Positions 57,789 to 64,000 of a stretch of 64,000 bases of DNA are shown here, piece after piece. Source of the DNA: an uncultured delta proteobacterium (GTDB taxonomy: Bacteria; Desulfobacterota; Desulfuromonadia; Desulfuromonadales; JACZKF01). The position numbers were made by a program, and so were the translations under genes. Where the stretch lies: positions 224,001 through 288,000 of the forward strand of contig CAWFKQ010000006.1 of the NCBI GenBank assembly GCA_963816395.1, given 5' to 3'. A model generated the notes under the pieces. That model saw nothing but the letters and a program-made list of their open reading frames with translations, ran no database searches and had not been told where the DNA came from. Numbering within the stretch: the first letter of the stretch is position 1; the number at the start of each line of letters is the position of its first letter.

Positions 57789-58638
57789 ATGGACTCCACT
57801 GACGAACGGACCATCCTGATCACCGGCGCCACCGACGGTCTCGGCCGGCATGTCGCCATGAGATTTGGCCGGACGCGGCGCCACTCTCCTTCTGCACGGT
57901 CGAAACCGGCAGAAGGGGGAGACCGTGCTCGCCGAAATCCGTCAGGCGACGGGCAACGACCGCCTGCGCTACTACAACGCCGATCTCTCTTCCCTGGCGG
58001 AGGTCCGCCAACTCGCCCGGGCGGTCGCCGCCGACCATTCCCGGCTGGACGTCCTCATCAACAACGCCGGTCTGGGAGCCGGACCGCGCGGCGGGGAGGG
58101 GCGGGAGACGAGCGCCGACGGCTTCGAACTGCGGCTGGCCGTGAACTATCTCGCCCCTTTCCTCCTTACCCGCCTGCTCCTGCCGCTGCTGCGGCAGAGT
58201 GCCGAAAACGGCGGCGAAGCCCGCATCGTCAACGTTGCCTCGGTCGCCCAGCAGGAGCTCGATTTCGACAACCCGATGCTGGCGCGCGGCTATGACGGCA
58301 TGCGCGCCTATGCCCAGAGCAAGCTGGCTCTGGTCATGTTCACCTTCGATCTGGCGGAGGACCTGGCCGGCAGCGGGGTCACGGCGAACGTGCTGCATCC
58401 GGCCTCCCTGATGGATACCAAGATGGTGCGCGAGTGGTTCGGCAGCCCGAGCAGTACGGTGGAAGAGGGCGCCCAGGCCGTGGAGCGGCTGGCGGTCTCG
58501 GCCGACCTCCACGGGGTCAGCGGCGAGTATTTCGACCGGGAGCGGCGGGCGCGGGCGAATGCCCAGGCGTACGATCCGGCGGCCAGGCGGCGACTGCGGG
58601 AAATGAGCGAGCACTGGACCGATACCCGCGGGAATTAG
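57789..58638 (+). CDS. short-chain dehydrogenase, retinol-DH-like (frameshift near 57862)
   Basis: ITGATDGLG, INNAG, YAQSK. Confidence 0.85.
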
Positions 58639-58755
58639 CCAGCCTTCCGGCGGCGCTTCATCCCTTCCGGCGGTCATGGACAGCTAAATTCCTTGAATAA
58701 ATGGGTAATTTTTATAAGCTTGAATAAACCTTCATCGCCGGCCGGAAAGGAGGTA

Positions 58756-59187
58756 ATGATGGGCTTTTTCGACAAGATGTTTGGCGGTAGGAAAGATTAT
58801 CCGGCGCTGGACCCGGCCAGCCCGGTCGCAGGTCAACTGGCGAGAATGCATACCCAATTGGAAGAGTTATCCGGGAAGGTGCACAAGCCTATAGAGATCA
58901 TTCCGGGAGAAGAGGATGCCTTCGTGTTCATCGGCAAACCGCCAAAGGATTTTGGCATTGCCTGGATCGAGGGCGACCGGCTTGTCAGCTTCAAGACCCT
59001 GGTTGAGGAACGGGGGATTGATCCGAAAAAGCTGCAGCCCCTGGCCGAAAAGCTGCGTGCGGTGTATGAAGCCAATCAGGACGATCCCCGTTACACGGCC
59101 AGGATCGGGGGGCAGGAGGTGGTGGTCACCCCCTCCGATGAATTTCGCAGGCAGGTAAGTGAGGTGATCCGGGAGGCAACCCACTGA
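58756..59187 (+). CDS. hypothetical protein
   Basis: AAGGAGGT RBS, MGFFDKMFGG N-terminus, 143 aa. Confidence 0.75.
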   Translation: MMGFFDKMFGGRKDYPALDPASPVAGQLARMHTQLEELSGKVHKPIEIIPGEEDAFVFIGKPPKDFGIAWIEGDRLVSFKTLVEERGIDPKKLQPLAEKLRAVYEANQDDPRYTARIGGQEVVVTPSDEFRRQVSEVIREATH

Positions 59188-59308
59188 CATCCGTATTGCC
59201 CCTGGAACCCAGTGCGGGAAAAGGAACGAACGCCGGCCGGCGATGAGGTCCCGATTCCGCATCCTCCGCGGGCGACGTGGAACGGGTTCGAGCTGGCATT
59301 CAAACCGC

Positions 59309-59476
59309 TCATTTATTTCCGGCGCGCGGCAGGGACCAGTCGAAACGAATGGCGAGAAGGCGCAGGGCGATGACCGTCAGGGCGGCGGCCAGCAAGGCCG
59401 CCCAAGACGGGAGCGAAGTCAGGCGCAGGAGGTAGAGGAGGGCGGCTCCTGCTCGGGGCAACTCTTGACAGCCCAT
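59309..59476 (-). pseudogene. C-terminal remnant of a UPF0126/TRIC-like membrane protein
   Basis: Minus strand AGAALLYLL..AAALTVIALRLLAIRFDWSLP; N-terminal part missing. Confidence 0.5.
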
Positions 59477-59492
59477 CACCCCAATCTAAACT
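59465..59492 (+). promoter_or_regulatory. sigma70 promoter for the peptide-radical SAM operon
   Basis: TTGACA-16 nt-TAAACT. Confidence 0.6.
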
Positions 59493-59608
59493 ACACCTAT
59501 CCAGAAGCCCTCTGGTTTCCCTTTCTTCAATAGAAAATTCTGATGGGTTTTCCTCTGCGGGGAGATCGGCTTCCCCGCCAAGCTGCAAAGGAAAGGAGGT
59601 GACCGGGG

Positions 59609-59737
59609 ATGAAGAAGGTTCTGAAGGAGGAGGTTCGGCGGCAGGAGGCGGCCTTCTGGGCAGCGCTTAAACAGGCGGCGCAGGAAAATCCCGCCCAGGC
59701 ATGCCACAAATGAAAGAGCTGAAAAGGCGGAAGCTGA
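59609..59737 (+). CDS. putative selenocysteine-containing RiPP precursor MKKVLKEEVRRQEAAFWAALKQAAQENPAQACHK-U-KS-U-KGGS
   Basis: AAAGGAGGTGA RBS; in-frame TGA at 59711, 59720, 59735 following Cys32 at 3-codon spacing; SECIS-like hairpin; adjacent rSAM/SPASM gene. Confidence 0.7.
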
Positions 59738-59738
59738 A

Positions 59739-59757
59739 AGCTGCCGGTCCGGCGGCT
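59739..59757 (+). promoter_or_regulatory. bacterial SECIS-like hairpin
   Basis: AGCTGCCG-GTC-CGGCGGCT, apical GGUC 24-25 nt after TGA59720 and 33-34 nt after TGA59711. Confidence 0.65.
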
Positions 59758-59768
59758 AAAACCATGAT

Positions 59769-59825
59769 GGCAGATACGGCGGAAAGGGAAGGGCGGGAAG
59801 GCCCGCGAACCCGGCCGTATCTGCC
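59769..59825 (+). other. intercistronic stem-loop between precursor and maturase
   Basis: GGCAGATACGGC/GCCGTATCTGCC 12-bp stem enclosing GCGGG-AAGG-CCCGC. Confidence 0.7.
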
Positions 59826-59843
59826 GTTTATTGCAGGCTGACG

Positions 59844-60888
59844 ATGGCGAGCCACGAACCTTTCGAGTTTTTTCTCCAGTGGCATCTGACCGAGCGCTGC
59901 AATCTGCGCTGCCGGCATTGCTACCAGTCCGGCGCGGGCAGCGGGGAGCTGTCGCTGGCGGAAATCGGCGAGGCCGCCGCCGAGGCGGCGGCGATGCTCG
60001 ACGACTGGACGGCCCTGTACGGGGTGAACATCGCCCGCAGTTGCAATGTCACCGGCGGCGAACCTTTCCTGCGTGCCGACCTTTTCCCCATCCTGGAAGT
60101 ACTCGGCCGACAGGGGTTCGCACTCTTCCTGCTGAGCAACGGCACCCTGATCGACCGCCGGCGGGCCGGCACGCTGGCGGATCTCGGGGTGCAGGGGGTG
60201 CAGGTCAGCATCGAGGGTCCGGAAGCGATTCACGACCATATCCGCGGTGCGGGGAGCTATCAGGCGGCGGTCAGGGGGACGCAAAGCCTGCTGGCGGCGG
60301 GGGTGCCGGTGACCTTCAACGTCACCCTTTCGCGGCTCAACGCTGCCGCACCTGACGAGCGCTGGTCGAGGCGGCCGCCGAGCTGGGAGTGCCGCGGGTC
60401 GGGTTCTCCCGCCTGGTCCCCTCCGGCCAGGGTGCGGCATTGGCGGAGCAGCTTCTTGCCGCGGGCGAAGTGGCGGCCCTCTACCGACGGCTTCTTGCTC
60501 TTGCCATTCCCGGTGTGCAGATCGTCACCGGCGATCCCGTCGCCGGGCAGATGCAGCCGGCCGGACTGCCGGCGCGGCGGGCTGCTCTCCTTTCGGCGGC
60601 TGCGCCGCCGGGGTCTCCGGCCTGACCCTGCTGCCGGACGGCACCATCCTGCCCTGCCGGCGCCTCGAAGTGCCCCTGGGCAATGTTCGTACCGATTCCC
60701 TGCGCGAGGTCTGGGCGAGTTCGGCGGTGTTGAACCGCCTGCGGACGCAGCAGCTGTATGGCGGCAAATGCGGCAGCTGCCCCCGCTGGGCCGCCTGCCG
60801 CGGCTGCCGGGCCATCGCCTACGCCTGTTCGCAGGCAACCGGCGGCGCCGACTACCTGGCCGAAGACCCGCAGTGCTTTATCGCCTGA
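59844..60888 (+). CDS. radical SAM/SPASM domain protein (frameshifts near 60350 and 60575)
   Basis: CNLRCRHC, VTGGEP, QVSIEG; SPASM C-AAG..PDGTILPC..GN..CGSC..CRGCRA..DPQC. Confidence 0.9.
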
Positions 60889-60957
60889 CGGCCGGTTGCT
60901 GTCCCACCGCGGCCTGCTATATTGAATCATTCCTATCTCTTCGCTCTCCATTAGACT

Positions 60958-61683
60958 ATGCGCGTACAACTGTTCGGCACCTGTCTGACGGACGCCTTCT
61001 TCCCCGAAGTGGGGGAGGCCGCGGTGCGGCTGCTGCGGCGTTTCGGGGTGGAGGTGGCGTATCCCGGCGGCCAGACCTGCTGCGGCCAGCCGGCGTTCAA
61101 CGCCGGCTACCGGGAGGAGGCGAAGCGCGCCGCCAGGCATTTTCTGGCGCTTTTTGCCGGCGGCAGGGAGCCGATCGTCACCCCGTCCGGCTCGTGCGCG
61201 GCGATGGTGAAGCATCACTACCCGGAGCTGTTTGAGGACGACCCGCACCTCGGCCCGGCAGCCCGGGAGGTGGCGGGGCGGGTGTTTGAGCTCTCGCAGT
61301 TCCTGGTCGGGGTGCTGAAAGCGGATGAGGCGGAATTCGCCGGCAAGGGAAAGGTGACCTATCATGCCTCCTGCCACCTGACCCGCAGCCTGGGGGTGCG
61401 CGAGGAGCCGCTGAAGCTTCTTGCCGCCCTGCGCGGTGCGGAGTTCATCCCGCTGCCCGATGCGACCCGCTGCTGCGGCTTCGGCGGCCTGTTCATGGCC
61501 AAGCTCCCGGAGATATCCTGCGCCCTGGCCGACGAGAAGGCGGAAGCCATCCTCGCCACCGGCGCCGACACGGTCACCGGCTGCGACAGCGGCTGCCTGA
61601 TGACCATCGCCGACGCGCTGAAAAAGCGGGGGAGCCGGGTGCGGGTGGCGCACCTGGCGCAGCTGCTGGCGGAGGGGTTATGA
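60958..61683 (+). CDS. lutA: L-lactate utilization Fe-S subunit A
   Basis: FGTCLTD, QTCCGQP, SGSC, YHASCH, CCGFGG. Confidence 0.88.
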   Translation: MRVQLFGTCLTDAFFPEVGEAAVRLLRRFGVEVAYPGGQTCCGQPAFNAGYREEAKRAARHFLALFAGGREPIVTPSGSCAAMVKHHYPELFEDDPHLGPAAREVAGRVFELSQFLVGVLKADEAEFAGKGKVTYHASCHLTRSLGVREEPLKLLAALRGAEFIPLPDATRCCGFGGLFMAKLPEISCALADEKAEAILATGADTVTGCDSGCLMTIADALKKRGSRVRVAHLAQLLAEGL

Positions 61684-63049
61684 GCGAGGCGCAGACCAGC
61701 CTGCAGTTCCGGGCCAATGCCGCCCGGGCGATCGGTGATGCCTCTCTGCGGGCGGCGATGCGCAGCGCCGCCGACACCTTCGGCAGCCCGCCGGACGCTC
61801 GCCTTCGAAGCCATCCCCGACCTGGAAGCCCTGCGCGAGCGGGCCTCGGCCATCCGCCTGGAGGTGCTCGATCACCTGCCCGCCTACCTGGAGCAGTTCA
61901 CCGCCAGCGCTACCGCCGCCGGGGCGACGGTGCACCGGAGCGCCGACGGCGCCGAGGCGCGGCGGCTGATCGCCGACCTCCTCAAGGAGCGCGGGGTGGG
62001 GATGGTGGCCAAGAGCAAGTCGATGGTCTCCGAGGAGATCCAGCTCAATGCTCACCTGGAGCAGGAAGGGATCGAGGTGGTGGAGACCGACCTCGGCGAG
62101 TACATCATCCAGTTGGAGCGGGAGACCCCCTCCCACATCATCGTCCCGGCCATCCACAAGAACCGGCGGCAGATCGGCCGGCTGTTCGCCGAGCGGCTGG
62201 GGGTGCCGTACAGCGAGGATCCCCAGGTGCTGACCCAGACCGCCCGGCGGGTGCTGCGGGAGAAGTTCTTCGCCGCCGGGGCGGGCATCTCCGGGGCGAA
62301 TTTCGCCATCGCCGAATCGGGAAGCCTGGTCCTCTTCACCAACGAGGGGAACGGGCGGATGGTGACCACCGTTCCGCCGCTGCACATCGCCGTCCTCTCC
62401 ATCGAGAAGCTTCTGCCGTCCCTGCGTGAGCTGCCCACCTTCATCCGCCTGCTGCCGCGCTCGGCGACCGGCCAGGCGATCACCAGCTATCTCTCGATCA
62501 TCACCGGCACCCGCAAGCCGGGAGAGGCGACCGGCGCCCGGGAGCTGCACATCGTCCTGGTCGACAACGGCCGCTCGCGAGATCCTGGCGGGGGAGTGCC
62601 GGGAGATGCTCAAGTGCATCCGCTGCGGGGCGTGCATCAACGTCTGTCCCGTCTACCGCACCGTCGGCGGCCACGCCTACGGCTGGACCTATCCGGGACC
62701 GATGGGGCTGATCCTCACCGCCCTGCTCACCGGGATGGAGAAGGCCCACCCCCTGGTCGATGCCAGCACCCTCTGCGGCGCCTGCGTCGACGTCTGCCCG
62801 GTGAAGATCCCCCTGGTTCCGCTCATCCTCAAGCTCCGCGAGCGCCGGGTGCGGGAGGGGTTCACGGACGCCCGGACCAGGGCCGGGATGCGGCTCTTCG
62901 GCATGGCCGCCGCTTCGCCGGCCCTCTTCGCCTGGGGGGAGCGCCTCGCCCGTCTCTTCTGGCCCCTGGTGCGCAAGGTCGGCGGCGAAAAGGTGGCCGG
63001 CCGCCTGCCGCCGCCGGCCGCCAGGCCGCTGCACCGGAGGCTGCCGTGA
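61680..63049 (+). CDS. lutB: L-lactate utilization subunit B (two frameshifts)
   Basis: KSKSMVSEE, ETDLGEYI, TNEGNGR, CIRCGACINVCP, YPGPMG. Confidence 0.9.
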
Positions 63050-63587
63050 CCCCTGAGGAAACGATCGACCGCTTTCTGGAGAATGCCGGCAGGTGCGCCG
63101 CCGGCACTCGCCGTGTGGGCGACGGCGAAGAGCTGCGGCGCGCCCTCGCCGATCTGGTGCCGGCCGGGGCGGCGGTGTACTGCCCCGCCCTTTCGGACCT
63201 GGAGAAAGCCGCGGCCGGCGCCTTCCCGGGGCGCGTCGACGATTACGCCGCCGCCGAGGTGAGCATCGAGGAAGTTTTCGCCGGGATCGCCGAAACCGGG
63301 AGCATCGTCTGCGCCAGCGTCGAGGGGCGGGCGGTGCAGTCCAGCCTCCTCCCTGCCCGCCAGGTGGCCATCCTGCCGGCGGGCAAAGATTTTCTCTTCC
63401 CTGGATGACTTCTTCGCCGCCCAGACGCGTCCCGCCCACCAACCTCACCCTCATCACCGGCCCGAGCCGCACCGCCGACATCGAGCTGACCCTGGCCATC
63501 GGTGTGCATGGCCCGAAGCAGCTCGACATCATCGTCGTCACAGGCAGTGAGAAGGGAGATAGGGAAGCAGCTAGGAAAACCGTGTGA
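63046..63587 (+). CDS. lutC: L-lactate utilization subunit C, LUD domain (frameshifted)
   Basis: GIAETGS, ITGPSRTADIELTLAIGVHGP. Confidence 0.85.
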
Positions 63588-63592
63588 TCCCC

Positions 63593-63709
63593 AGGCTGAG
63601 CAAAAATGCCCAGATGCAAGGTGCCCGAAATCCTGAGGATAAGGCGTACTGAAGGTACGTCGTTGACGAAGGATGATGGCAACGCCGCAGATGGCTTTTT
63701 CATCAGCCT
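63593..63709. mobile_element. 117-bp MITE-like element
   Basis: Terminal inverted repeats AGGCTGAGCAAAAA / TTTTTCATCAGCCT (12/14), internal GGCGTAC..GTACGTC hairpin, no ORF. Confidence 0.65.
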
Positions 63710-64000
63710 CCGTACCAGTCGGAACGCATCAGGGGCAGCCGGCACTGCCCCTTGTCGGGCTTGACCAGCAGCGCCTGGTAGAGGTTCAGCCGGCCGGTCT
63801 GGAAGCCGTAGGCTGAACCCGCCATGTACAGCCGCCAGATGCGGTAGGTGACCTCGTTGGTCAGCCGGCAGGCCTCCCGGTAATTGGCTTCGAGGCGCCG
63901 CACCCAGTGCCGCAAGGTCATTGCGTAGTGCTCGCGCAGGCTCTCCAGATCGCGCGTTTCGAAGCCGCAGTCCTCGGCGGTGCGCAGGACGGTGGCGATG
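63703..64000 (-). CDS. cfa: cyclopropane-fatty-acyl-phospholipid synthase, 3' part (runs off the window)
   Basis: GFETRDLESLREHYAMTLRHW..YRIWRLYMAGSAYGF. Confidence 0.85.
   Translation of the reverse strand, partial: IATVLRTAEDCGFETRDLESLREHYAMTLRHWVRRLEANYREACRLTNEVTYRIWRLYMAGSAYGFQTGRLNLYQALLVKPDKGQCRLPLMRSDWYGG

Noticed and set aside
59609..59713. Peptide as a plain 34-aa ORF ending at the first TGA
   Set aside because: Not excluded, but it leaves unexplained the Cys-periodic TGAs, the SECIS-like hairpin and the Lys/Ser/Gly core-like codons that follow.

Overview
This is a GC-rich 64 kb window of a Desulfuromonadales-like (Geobacter/Desulfuromonas) chromosome, judged from gene content and order. 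It carries a sigma54/ANTAR-controlled glnK-amtB-porin operon; TCA genes (korDABC, icd, mdh, acnB); hisS and aspS; comEC next to a Hypr-type GGDEF gene (gacA-like); a full chemotaxis cluster behind a sigma54 activator; topoisomerase IB; aapJQMP; cysM; lutABC; and the 3' end of cfa. About 30 single-base frameshifts, including one in essential hisS, point to assembly or sequencing errors rather than pseudogenes. The strongest candidate for an undescribed system is an unannotated peptide gene at 59609 with in-frame UGA codons in a C-x2-U-x2-U pattern and a SECIS-like hairpin, directly upstream of a radical SAM/SPASM gene. This would be a multi-selenocysteine RiPP system. Other candidates are a stand-alone 6S-like RNA (381-572, minus), a shared TGTATAC-N-GTATACA operator at TCA promoters, a degenerate GEMM-I riboswitch, a His-less kinase and a double-tip chemoreceptor. 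No database searches or folding programs were run; family calls come from motifs recognised by eye.
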